Below, in pieces: positions 35,201 to 47,178 of a stretch of 64,000 nucleotides of DNA. The notes beneath the pieces are model-generated. The model was given only the letters and a program-made list of their open reading frames with translations, was not told the origin of the DNA and did not search any database. Position 1 is the first letter of the stretch, and each line of letters begins with the position of its first letter. The stretch lies in contig CM082587.2 in assembly GCA_040954595.2 (NCBI GenBank), positions 11,990,053 through 12,054,052 of the forward strand, in the 5' to 3' direction. Origin of the DNA: Balanoglossus misakiensis. Taxonomy: Eukaryota > Animalia > Hemichordata. The position numbers and the translations under genes were made by a program.

Positions 35201-38200
35201 GTACATGCACTAAAGCGCCCTCACTGCTGGGTGTGTTGTATGGTCTTTAACCCTGTTTCAAATTAGAGTACTTTCTGCAATTTCAAGACAGATCTTACGT
35301 GCCATTGGAGAGCTCCATTGACTGGTCATTCATACTGTTTTCATTCATTCATTTCGGCATCAATATATTTTATCTATTCTAGCCAAAGAGCTTGGCACCT
35401 GTTGAAATGAACTCATCTGCTGTGGGCCAGTTTATTGGTGGCAGTTGAGCTGAGAAGAGCACCTTCCTTCCCGGCACGCCACCAAGTAAAGTTCCACGCC
35501 GCCCACCACAGATGCCAGCATTCATTCATGCGAGTGAGTGTAATTGCAAATTTGCCTATTCTAGAATCTTACGTGCCATTGGAGAGCTCCATTGACTGGT
35601 CATTCATACTGTTTTCATTCATTCATTGCGGCATCAATATATTTTATCTATTCTAGCCAAAGAGCTTGGCACCTGTTGAAATGAACTCATCTGCTGTGGG
35701 CCAGTTTATTGGTGGCAGTTGAGCTGAGGAGAGCACCTTCCTTCCCGGGACGCCACCAAGTAAAGTTCCACGCCGCCCACCACAGATGCCAGCATTCATT
35801 CATGCGAGTGAGTGTAATTGCAAATTTGCCTATTCTAGATTCTTACGTGCCATTGGAGAGCTCCATTGACTGGTCATTCATACTGTTTTCATTCATTCAT
35901 TGCGGCATCAATATATTTTATCTATTCTAGCCAAAGAGCTTGGCACCTGTTGAAATGAACTCATCTGCTGTGGGCCAGTTTATTGGTGGCAGTTGAGCTG
36001 AGGAGAGCACCTTCCTTCCCGGCACGCCACCAAGTAAAGTTCCACGCCGCCCACCACAGATGCCAGCATTCATTCATGCGAGTGAGTGTAATTGCAAATT
36101 TGCCTATTCTAGATCTGTAATGGAAATGGAGAAAGTACCTTATATTTTCTGTAAAATAGACATTTAATTGGCAAGCCGTCCTGCATCAATTATTAATTGT
36201 GTACATGCACTAAAGCGCCCTCACTGCTGGGTGTGTTGTATGGTCTTTAACCCTGTTTCAAATTAGAGTACTTTCTGCAATTTCAAGACAGATCTTACGT
36301 GCCATTGGAGAGCTCCATTGACTGGTCATTCATACTGTTTTCATTCATTCATTGCGGCATCAATATATTTTATCTATTCTAGCCAAAGAGCTTGGCACCT
36401 GTTGAAATGAACTCATCTGCTGTGGGCCAGTTTATTGGTGGCAGTTGAGCTGAGGAGAGCACCTTCCTTCCCGGCACGCCACCAAGTAAAGTTCCACGCC
36501 GCCCACCACAGATGCCAGCATTCATTCATGCGAGTGAGTGTAATTGCAAATTTGCCTATTCTAGAATTACGTGCCATTGGAGAGCTCCATTGACTGGTCA
36601 TTCATACTGTTTTCATTCATTCATTGCGGCATCAATATATTTTATCTATTCTAGCCAAAGAGCTTGGCACCTGTTGAAATGAACTCATCTGCTGTGGGCC
36701 AGTTTATTGGTGGCAGTTGAGCTGAGGAGAGCACCTTCCTTCCCGGCACGCCACCAAGTAAAGTTCCACGCCGCCCACCACAGATGCCAGCATTCATTCA
36801 TGCGAGTGAGTGTAATTGCAAATTTGCCTATTCTAGATCTGTAATGGAAATGGAGAAAGTACCTTATATTTTCTGTAAAATAGACATTTAATTGGCAAGC
36901 CGTCCTGCATCAATTATGAATTGTGTACATGCACTAAAGCGCCCTCACTGCTGGGTGTGTTGTATGGTCTTTAACCCTGTTTCAAATTAGAGTACTTTCT
37001 GCAATTTCAAGACAGATCTTACGTGCCATTGGAGAGCTCCATTGACTGGTCATTCATACTGTTTTCATTCATTCATTGCGGCATCAATATATTTTATCTA
37101 TTCTAGCCAAAGAGCTTGGCACCTGTTGAAATGAACTCATCTGCTGTGGGCCAGTTTATTGGTGGCAGTTGAGCTGAGGAGAGCACCTTCCTTCCCGGCA
37201 CGCCACCAAGTAAAGTTCCACGCCGCCCACCACAGATGCCAGCATTCATTCATGCGAGTGAGTGTAATTGCAAATTTGCCTATTCTAGATCTGTAATGGA
37301 AATGGAGAAAGTACCTTATATTTTCTGTAAAATAGACATTTAATTGGCAAGCCGTCCTGCATCAATTATTAATTGTGTACATGCACTAAAGCGCCCTCAC
37401 TGCTGGGTGTGTTGTATGGTCTTTAACCCTGTTTCAAATTAGAGTACTTTCTGCAATTTCAAGACAGATCTTACGTGCCATTGGAGAGCTCCATTGACTG
37501 GTCATTCATACTGTTTTCATTCATTCATTGCGGCATCAATATATTTTATCTATTCTAGCCAAAGAGCTTGGCACCTGTTGAAATGAACTCATCTGCTGTG
37601 GGCCAGTTTATTGGTGGCAGTTGAGCTGAGAAGAGCACCTTCCTTCCCGGCACGCCACCAAGTAAAGTTCCACGCCGCCCACCACAGATGCCAGCATTCA
37701 TTCATGCGAGTGAGTGTAATTGCAAATTTGCCTATTCTAGATCTGTAATGGAAATGGAGAAAGTACCTTATATTTTCTGTAAAATAGACATTTAATTGGC
37801 AAGCCGTCCTGCATCAATTATGAATTGTGTACATGCACTAAAGCGCCCTCACTGCTGGGTGTGTTGTATGGTCTTTAACCCTGTTTCAAATTAGAGTACT
37901 TTCTGCAATTTCAAGACAGATCTTACGTGCCATTGGAGAGCTCCATTGACTGGTCATTCATACTGTTTTCATTCATTCATTGCGGCATCAATATATTTTA
38001 TCTATTCTAGCCAAAGAGCTTGGCACCTGTTGAAATGAACTCATCTGCTGTGGGCCAGTTTATTGGTGGCAGTTGAGCTGAGGAGAGCACCTTCCTTCCC
38101 AGCACGCCACCAAGTAAAGTTCCACGCCGCCCACCACAGATGCCAGCATTCATTCATGCGAGTGAGTGTAATTGCAAATTTGCCTATTCTAGATCTGTAA

Positions 38201-39030
38201 TGGAAATGGAGAAAGTACCTTATATTTTCTGTAAAATAGACATTTAATTGGCAAGCCGTCCTGCATCAATTATGAATTGTGTACATGCACTAAAGCGCCC
38301 TCACTGCTGGGTGTGTTGTATGGTCTTTAACCCTGTTTCAAATTAGAGTACTTTCTGCAATTTCAAGACAGATCTTACGTGCCATTGGAGAGCTCCATTG
38401 ACTGGTCATTCATACTGTTTTCATTCATTCATTGCGGCATCAATATATTTTATCTATTCTAGCCAAAGAGCTTGGCACCTGTTGAAATGAACTCATCTGC
38501 TGTGGGCCAGTTTATTGGTGGCAGTTGAGCTGAGGAGAGCACCTTCCTTCCCGGCACGCCACCAAGTAAAGTTCCACGCCGCCCACCACAGATGCCAGCA
38601 TTCATTCATGCGAGTGAGTGTAATTGCAAATTTGCCTATTCTAGATCTGTAATGGAAATGGAGAAAGTACCTTATATTTTCTGTAAAATAGACATTTAAT
38701 TGGCAAGCCGTCCTGCATCAATTATGAATTGTGTACATGCACTAAAGCGCCCTCACTGCTGGGTGTGTTGTATGGTCTTTAACCCTGTTTCAAATTAGAG
38801 TACTTTCTGCAATTTCAAGACAGATCTTACGTGCCATTGGAGAGCTCCATTGACTGGTCATTCATACTGTTTTCATTCATTCATTGCGGCATCAATATAT
38901 TTTATCTATTCTAGCCAAAGAGCTTGGCACCTGTTGAAATGAACTCATCTGCTGTGGGCCAGTTTATTGGTGGCAGTTGAGCTGAGGAGAGCACCTTCCT
39001 TCCCGGCACGCCACCAAGTAAAGTTCCACG
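29256..39030. repeat. Satellite array 2: 16x452 + 5x274 + 3x272 + 357 bp partial
   Basis: Unit lengths sum exactly to 9775 bp. Confidence 0.95.
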
Positions 39031-39417
39031 TGCATTCCTGGCCCTGGTTTTATTTATGTTTACAGACAATATTGCATTTTTGTACAAGTATTTTAATCAA
39101 CTATAAATTTTGAATGTGTCATTTACCTGAACCGGTCATGTTGACCAGAATGATACATTTCTGCCTTCACTCACCCTATAAATATGTGATTGAGACATAG
39201 GTCATTTGCATAAGCTAACATACCAGAAAGTAAGCATATCTGTTGTTTTCCCTGTGTCACTGCCATCAAAGTAAAAATTAGACGTTGTGTAGAGCAAACT
39301 CCAATTTTTTGTTCTCAATAAACATGGATGAATTACATAGAATGTGTTTGTTGTTTACAGTCTTTAAATGACACATTAGATTATGCACTTTACAAAACGT
39401 TTCTGAGAAACAAGTGA

Positions 39418-39912
39418 CTAACTAGTTTCTTTCCACTGTGGCCAACGTGGTTCACTGTTTGTGTCAGAATCTCTCTGTTTTGCAAGGATTTTGAAATCAT
39501 AGTGGTGACATGCATAGTGAAAATCAGCTACTTTCAAATGTCCGTCATGTTCATGCTGTAATTGAATTTTCAAAGCTGGGCTGGCGTGTTTTTTCTTATT
39601 TACATAAGTATCACACTTTATACATGTATCTTCATGGGGTTTTTTGAGTCCCGTATTTAGGTCCTCTCTCACAATTTTACGAAATATCGTATAACTGACA
39701 GTTGTTCTTCCCAGAAGAGATTGGTTGGTTATGAACTCTCGGTGTAACTGCGATATACTGTGGTCCGGCGCCAGGTACGGTTTAAATCGAGGATTCCTGC
39801 AGTAGTGAGATTCTACAATTCTGTGCCTGCGTACGTGTTCAGTGATATCAGTCAGCAAATTTGGATTGAGTTTCCGACGATGCCCTTTGTGTCGGCCCCT
39901 TGCATCTGGCAT
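39418..39912 (-). pseudogene. Truncated transposase N-half duplicate, copy 3
   Basis: Translation identical to 861-1355. Confidence 0.75.
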
Positions 39913-40319
39913 CAGACCAGTAAAGTTCCATGTGCATTCCTGGCCCTGGTTTTATTTATGTTTACAGACAATATTGCATTTTTGTACAAGTATTTTAATC
40001 AACTATAAATTTTGAATGTGTCATTTACCTGAACCGGTCATGTTGACCAGAATGATACATTTCTGCCTTCACTCACCCTATAAATATGTGATTGAGACAT
40101 AGGTCATTTGCATAAGCTAACATACCAGAAAGTAAGCATATCTGTTGTTTTCCCTGTGTCACTGCCATCAAAGTAAAAATTAGACGTTGTGTAGAGCAAA
40201 CTCCAATTTTTTGTTCTCAATAAACATGGATGAATTACATAGAATGTGTTTGTTGTTTACAGTCTTTAAATGACACATTAGATTATGCACTTTACAAAAC
40301 GTTTCTGAGAAACAAGTGA

Positions 40320-41276
40320 CTAACTAGTTTCTTTCCACTGTGGCCAACGTGGTTCACTGTTTGTGTCAGAATCTCTCTGTTTTGCAAGGATTTTGAAATC
40401 ATAGTGGTGACATGCATAGTGAAAATCAGCTACTTTCAAATGTCCGTCATGTTCATGCTGTAATTGAATTTTCAAAGCTGGGCTGGCGTGTTTTTTCTTA
40501 TTTACATAAGTATCACACTTTATACATGTATCTTCATGGGGTTTTCTGAGTCCCGTATTTAGGTCCTCTCTCACAATTTTACGAAATATCGTATAACTGA
40601 CAGTTGTTCTTCCCAGAAGAGATTGGTTGGTTATGAACTCTCGGTGTAACTGCGATATACTGTGGTCCGGCGCCAGGTACGGTTTAAATCGAGGATTCCT
40701 GCAGTAGTGAGATTCTACAATTCTGTGCCTGCGTACGTGTTCAGTGATATCAGTCAGCAAATTTGGATTGAGTTTCCGACGATGCCCTTTGTGTCGGCCC
40801 CTTGCATCTGGCATCAGACCAGTTGAACAGTGCATCATTTTGCTTAGAACGGTTCTAGTCCGCCTCTCACTAATGCCAAATAATTTCAGGAATGCATTTT
40901 TGCAGACAGTAACCGTTTCACCGCCTTCATTCACCAGGTGATAACGAACCGATTTCTTGTGTGACTTCATCTGTATATCCATCAGTTTGTAGAGCATCAA
41001 GTTCTGTTCATTATACACGCGACCATCAAAATATTTTCTCGTGGTGCCTAAAACATGCGTACTCCCAAGCTTCCGCAGACAATTCCCTTGAACGCAGGCG
41101 CATTCCAAGGAAAGACTGTCAATATCTGGAAAAGGGCGATTTTTCCTTGGTTTTTGTCTCGGACACGTCTTTTTAGAATTCCTACGTGGCTTGTTGGCTC
41201 GAGCTGACAGTTCGGTTCTGCGTTGCTGCCACACAGGAATGGGTTCCCACGCATAAGCAACTCCCCGGCAGGCCAT
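40320..41276 (-). CDS. Sola-like transposase N-terminal half, copy 3
   Basis: Translation identical to 1763-2719. Confidence 0.8.
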   Translation of the reverse strand: MACRGVAYAWEPIPVWQQRRTELSARANKPRRNSKKTCPRQKPRKNRPFPDIDSLSLECACVQGNCLRKLGSTHVLGTTRKYFDGRVYNEQNLMLYKLMDIQMKSHKKSVRYHLVNEGGETVTVCKNAFLKLFGISERRTRTVLSKMMHCSTGLMPDARGRHKGHRRKLNPNLLTDITEHVRRHRIVESHYCRNPRFKPYLAPDHSISQLHREFITNQSLLGRTTVSYTIFRKIVREDLNTGLRKPHEDTCIKCDTYVNKKKHASPALKIQLQHEHDGHLKVADFHYACHHYDFKILAKQRDSDTNSEPRWPQWKETS

Positions 41277-41447
41277 GGTCACAGCTGAAGTATTTGTTCA
41301 AGTACTGACTGACTAAACGCGGCATGGAACAAACGAACGAACGAACGAACGACTTCACGTTCGGAAAAAAAATCGTTGCGAGCTGTTGGGTGCCTCTATA
41401 GTTGTCGGCAACCGTTCTTTTTTATTGCTAAACAATGCTGTCAGAGC

Positions 41448-42461
41448 ATGGAAGGTGTGGTGGAAAACGAACAGAGGTTTTGTACGACCAACGATTGGAT
41501 GGTGCTACATATGGACTTCCACAAGTCATTGCCGGTTCCTAAACTCAGCTCTGAAGACTTTTACTTTAAATCGAAATTGCAAATGAAGCTCCTTGGAATT
41601 TACAACGGGACAACGGAAAAGATGCATTGTTATGTATGGACAGAGCTCGATAGCAGAAAGTCTCCCGATGAAGTTATTACCTGTCTAAATCACTTTTTTT
41701 ATAACTCGGGTGTGACCAGCAGACATGCAGTTATTTACAGCGACAACTGCCGTGCCGAATTCAAGTGTGGGAAGTTAATGTTTTACTATGACTATCTGTT
41801 ACGAAAGGGCGTGTTTCGACGAATTGACTATAAAACTCTTGTGGCTGGACACACGTACTCCACCTGTGACCGAGTTTTTGCGTCCATTGAAAGGCATGCA
41901 AGTCGTTTCCAGAGTATAGAGACACCTCACGATTGGACATCTGTGATTCGAGGATCTTCTCTGAATGGGAACATTGGAGTTACGGAGATGACTCACAGAG
42001 ACTTTTTCAATTATTCTGATTTCCTGAAAAATGAGTACGTTGTGCGTTATGCAGATACAAACAATGTAACTTTTTACTACCAAGCCATGCACTATTTTAA
42101 TTTTGGAGAAGGAGAAAGGCTTGATACCGACGGCAACCTCAGAACATTTAGTCATGCAGATAAAGTTTGGGTGAGAACATCTCTAGATCCAAGCGAGACC
42201 CCGATTGTAGTCGACTTTAGAAAGAAGAAGCAGAACCGGCGTTTACAAGATTGTACGCTGAACAAACTTTATCAGGAACGTCGACCACTGGCGAGCAAAG
42301 TTTGGCGGGATCTTCAGAGTTTAGCCAAAAATTACCTGTCTCCGGAGGCAATAGAATTTTATAGGAATCTACCGCTTCAGGAGAGTAGTGGCACCTCTGC
42401 AGACCCGTACGCCTTTCATGATGATGACGACGACGATGATGATGATATGGGCGGTGGTTGA
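41448..42461 (+). CDS. Sola-like DDE transposase catalytic half, copy 3
   Basis: Translation identical to 2891-3904. Confidence 0.85.
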   Translation: MEGVVENEQRFCTTNDWMVLHMDFHKSLPVPKLSSEDFYFKSKLQMKLLGIYNGTTEKMHCYVWTELDSRKSPDEVITCLNHFFYNSGVTSRHAVIYSDNCRAEFKCGKLMFYYDYLLRKGVFRRIDYKTLVAGHTYSTCDRVFASIERHASRFQSIETPHDWTSVIRGSSLNGNIGVTEMTHRDFFNYSDFLKNEYVVRYADTNNVTFYYQAMHYFNFGEGERLDTDGNLRTFSHADKVWVRTSLDPSETPIVVDFRKKKQNRRLQDCTLNKLYQERRPLASKVWRDLQSLAKNYLSPEAIEFYRNLPLQESSGTSADPYAFHDDDDDDDDDMGGG

Positions 42462-42944
42462 ACAAACTGTCCTTTTCATGACGACAGTGATTTTGGATAT
42501 TTGATGTGCGTGCACAGTTTATATGTAATATTTTCACACGAACGAGTTTTGACTGAATTTGATTAAAGAATGTACTCGATAATTAACAAATGTGCTGAAT
42601 CGTGGTTATTATGTTGTTAATTTTTGTTTGTTTGTTTGTTTGTTTGTAAACAATTTCCGTTCATTCAACTGGCTACAAAGTTGGATTTTTGTACTGGGAA
42701 GCGATAAACTCGCACATCAAAACCGGGGAGACTCGATCATTTTTCCCTGCAGGTAGCCTGAAAAGCACCCGGGCAGAGATTACGTCATATATGGTCCACT
42801 TTAATACGAAATTATGCAAATGTGACATTTCACGGAAACGGCGTATATAAAAGCGACCCTGGGCTATTGTTCGGAATGCGTCATCGACGAGAGAGTGACT
42901 GATAATTCTTCTACCTCGAGTCAACCATTCTGTATATACTGAAC

Positions 42945-44271
42945 ATGGCTAGCTGGCGCAGGAAGAGACAAGGCAATGTGCGGTCTGTAATCAACGAACG
43001 GCACCGCTCAGTTCAGTGTCCCTTTCTTCAAAAGTGGATCGGTGAGCAATTGGTATTTTCAGGTCGTTCAGAGGATGAAGTCCAGTCCAGTACTGTATTT
43101 GAGAGCTACAAATGTTGGGTTGAAAACTATTCGTCGGCGGACAATCAAGTAATGATTATGGTTACTAAAGCTCGATTTTTCAAGGTGAGAATGATCGCAT
43201 TTTTCTTCCCCCCCCCCCTCCCTCCCCCAAGGGACTCGTTTTCTGTCTCTTTTAAACCTGTAACTTAACGAAAAGGAAGTTTTTCACATATCTCTTTGTT
43301 GACACTATAGCAATTTGGAGCGCGGATGCTTCAAGAGAATAGCGTTACCAAATCAAAGTCGGCCGGGGTTAATATTTATAGAGGTGTTCGTCTGAAAGCT
43401 GGTTCGCGAAGAATCTCAACGGGGAAACCTGAGCACAGTGTACTTCAGACCAGGGCAAGGGCATTTCTTGATGACGCCAGCGTGACCGTTCCGATCGAGG
43501 TAAGAATGGTGTTTTGTTTGGACTAGGACAATAGAACGTTGCAATGAGTGTGTCAATGGGTGTCCAAGTGCAAACGTGGTCGGCTTCTGTCCACAAATGC
43601 CATTAATTTTAGGCAGGATTTATAAAATTGTCAATGAAGAATACAAAAATGAAAAACAATAGTTAATAGCAAACGGGTAGGATTGCAAGGGCTTGTAAAA
43701 CGGTACACACTGTACCAGGAAGTTTGCAACACTAATGAAGAATGTATATGATATATTTAGGTGAGAACTGTTCGCGATCGCCGGGACGCAGGACGGTGCG
43801 CGTTTTCGACGAGGGATCTTCAAGCCTGGAACGTCGTCTGCGAATACCGGGGCACGGTTATTAGCGTTGAAGAAGCTAGTCGGCGTGATGAACTTTACAG
43901 GGCAGAGGGGAAACGACCACGCATGTTTCATCTCTACATTGGAAAGAGACACGTTGTGTGAGTGTATCACTTAGTCGAATATATGGTCATATATTGCAAA
44001 GCATCTGTCGAAATAGAAAACGTAATATTGTCTATATTTTCCTCATTAACGCAGCATTGACGGATACGATGTCCCAGCCGGTGAAGAAAATTTAGCGGGC
44101 CTAATAAATCACAGTCAGCAGAACGCCAACTTGGTACCGGTTCGGATCGGAGAGCGCCTGGTTTTCTTTGCAACCAGGAATCTTTGTCAGGGAGTAGAGC
44201 TTTTGTATGATTACGGTGACGGGGGTGAAGAGGATTTCTTCAGTGGTTCTCAAACTTTTCCTGAAAATTAA
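42945..44271 (+). CDS. Winged-helix + SETD8-like SET gene (4 exons), copy 3
   Basis: Same exons and splice sites at +38557. Confidence 0.85.
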
Positions 44272-45178
44272 GGCATTAACACATCAACGCTTCGGGATGT
44301 CGTAACGGCGGCAAGGCGGGGGGGGGGGGGGGGGGGCGTGAAAATGTTTGTATCAGGAACAAAATTCCCGTGCAAATCACCTTGATCCGGGTGGGTGGAC
44401 TATTCGCGACAAATGTTGAAATCATACAAAGCATTTTACTTAATTAACCCATTTTTTTCATTTATTTGTTTACAGTTTACAACGTCATAGAGAAGTTGAA
44501 CTAGAGACTGGATCAGCGTGGGTGACACCATAGTACACCAATGTTTTCTTCAGTTTGATTCAATTGTAATTTAAAACTGAGATTGCCTAACGCTTTCCCA
44601 GATTTTTTTAACCACTGAGAAACTGTGGGTTTTTTTCTGGGTTTTGGTGCGAGGTGATCTCAGTCAGTGGTGTTAATTTAATTAATCATTTTCTTTTCCT
44701 ATTTACGTCGACTGAAATGTATTTTGATAGGTGATAGTCATACCATAAAAAAATCTTACGGCGCGACTGCCAAAATGTACATTTATTTGTCCGTTCCAAG
44801 TTATTTTGTGTATGTGTGATGGGTGCCGGTGACTGTGCAGGGTTGATTTCCCTAGAGCGACTGTTATATTCGTTTTCCAACGATGATGAATTTACATGTT
44901 ATTTGCTTGGCATTTTGACGCAGAGACACTTCTGAAAACACAAACCTATTAATTATGCCACGGGTGTAAATTGATCACATTAAAAGAGGCTTTAGACGTT
45001 TGCCGCGAGCTCCTGGTGGGCAGAATCTTGTCAGCCCAAATTTGACTATAAGTACATAGCCAATGATGTGACGCTCTCCCACATCCTTCGCCGCGCCTTT
45101 TCGCTGATTTACAGCATCTTGCGTAAACACTGTCATTTGATCTTGCTTGGCAGAAGTCAACTTGCTCTATACTACATT

Positions 45179-45544
45179 ATGGCGGCCAAGCTCAACTGCA
45201 TATCAGATAATGCCAAGGAGCGTTTGAGAGGCATCCTCGCCAGAAGGAGTCGCGTTTCCGGTGACTGTGTGCTCTGGACGGGTGCAGCTTGTCGAAACGG
45301 CTATGGCTCTATTACGTTCAGAGATGAGAACACTCTAACCGCCTATGTCCATCACATTGCACTCCTAATTAACGGAGTGCAATTGGTGGGCAGGCGGTTA
45401 GAGTGTTCTCATCTTTGCAACGAAAAGCTATGCATCCGCCCAGAGCACATTGTCCAGGAAACGCGACTCCTAAACATTTCACGAAAGACGTGCTTTAAAT
45501 CCCCAAAAGGGGAGTGTCACCACGATCCCAGGTGCCTAAGGTGA
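45179..45544 (+). CDS. His-Cys box endonuclease, copy 3
   Basis: Translation identical to 6622-6987. Confidence 0.88.
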   Translation: MAAKLNCISDNAKERLRGILARRSRVSGDCVLWTGAACRNGYGSITFRDENTLTAYVHHIALLINGVQLVGRRLECSHLCNEKLCIRPEHIVQETRLLNISRKTCFKSPKGECHHDPRCLR

Positions 45545-47178
45545 GTAATCCTCTTCTCATTTGATATGTATTGTGTGACCCTGCAGTTGAAACGCTTTCA
45601 TCAATAATTTGCGGCGCGTGGGTAATCTCGGTGTTATTGACAATGCAGCCGGCCCAAACATTTTTAAATTAACACTGTTTCTGACTGTATTAACGAAATG
45701 TCCAATTTGCAAGTAGCCTATAGACAACCCTTTTGAATGAGTTTTGTCTCGTTGAGATTTTATACATAAGGAACAATCTAGATTTATTTTAGAAGACACT
45801 GTTCTTTTAAAACAGCTAGCATAATACAGCTAAATTTCGGAATTTCCGGACAATTTTCGGAATTCCTTTTAAATTTGAGAAATTTTTCATCAGATATAAG
45901 TGTTACTATTTATTGGACATGTTTTTATCATTGTTTACTTTTTAAGGTCATTCTCATCCCCCCCCCCCCCCCCCCCAAAAAAAAGCCGCTTTAGGCTTCA
46001 TGTTCAGTAAAAAATCTGGAAAGTTCAGCTGAATTTTACACTGATCACACATTTTTGGGAAGGTCTGGCGCAAAATAAAGGATGACAAATGTAAATCTAA
46101 TGTCACATTTGTAAACCTCTAAGTATTGTACACTCATTCTATTAAGTATATGCAAATAGTACGGATAATTTTTTCGGAATGTGGAATTCCGAAATTAGTT
46201 CGGAACGTGTTAGCAGTGAAGAGATCACCACTGAGGGTTGGAAGGCCTTGCCAGAAATTAACGCGTAAAGTACGCCCTCACAGGCCATGTAAACAAGGTC
46301 AAATAAGGCCGTCTGGCAAACGAATGATTAATTCAACGCGCCATTTGAGCCGAGCTGAGTTGGTCTGAGTTGCGTATCACACAGACTTAGGCTGAATGTC
46401 AGTGGAGTAACCAGTCCGTTTTAGATTTACCAATGATGTGAATTTAATTTCTTCACCCAGAAAAACAGAACACAACTTGTCTGCAACATGATGCTGGAGG
46501 TGACACATGACAGAGAAGTGGATCCGCGTTGTCAACACAGATGCCAGCATTCAAAAGGGGAGTGCCACCTGCTAAAATCAACTCATCTGCTGTTGGCCCA
46601 TTTTACCTGTGGCAACTGTTCAGAGGAGACAACGTTTATTCCGTGCAAGCCAACACGCAATGTTGGGGTCTACCTGTCAACACAGATGCAAGCATTCATG
46701 TGAGTGAGTATCAGGACTGACCTTGTTTTGCTGAATAATTCATAATGCCTATTTTAGAATTCTTAGAGGCATTTGGAGTTCATTGCCTGGTCAACCAAAC
46801 TACACCCCTTAACAGCTGAAACAAAATGCGTATTGTGTTCATTCATTCATTGCTTCAATATATATAGGCAACATGAGTATCAAGTAGCACTATTTGTTTA
46901 CGATTGTATTCATGAAAACTTCCCACTAACAATTCCACAGTTAATATTGAACACATTTATCCAACAAGGTCAAAAGAAAAAGGGAATCTTCTGGTTCCAA
47001 AATACGCCACAAATGTGGGTCAACATACAGTGAAATATTATGGTGCTCAAATATGCAACATATCAAATCTGTCTCATCAAAGTCATGCTTTAAAAAAGAA
47101 TTGAAAAGGTATTATTTATCCATTTGACTGCTGTATTTTCAGAAGGAAAACAAACTGAATTTGGTTTTTCATGTACAA

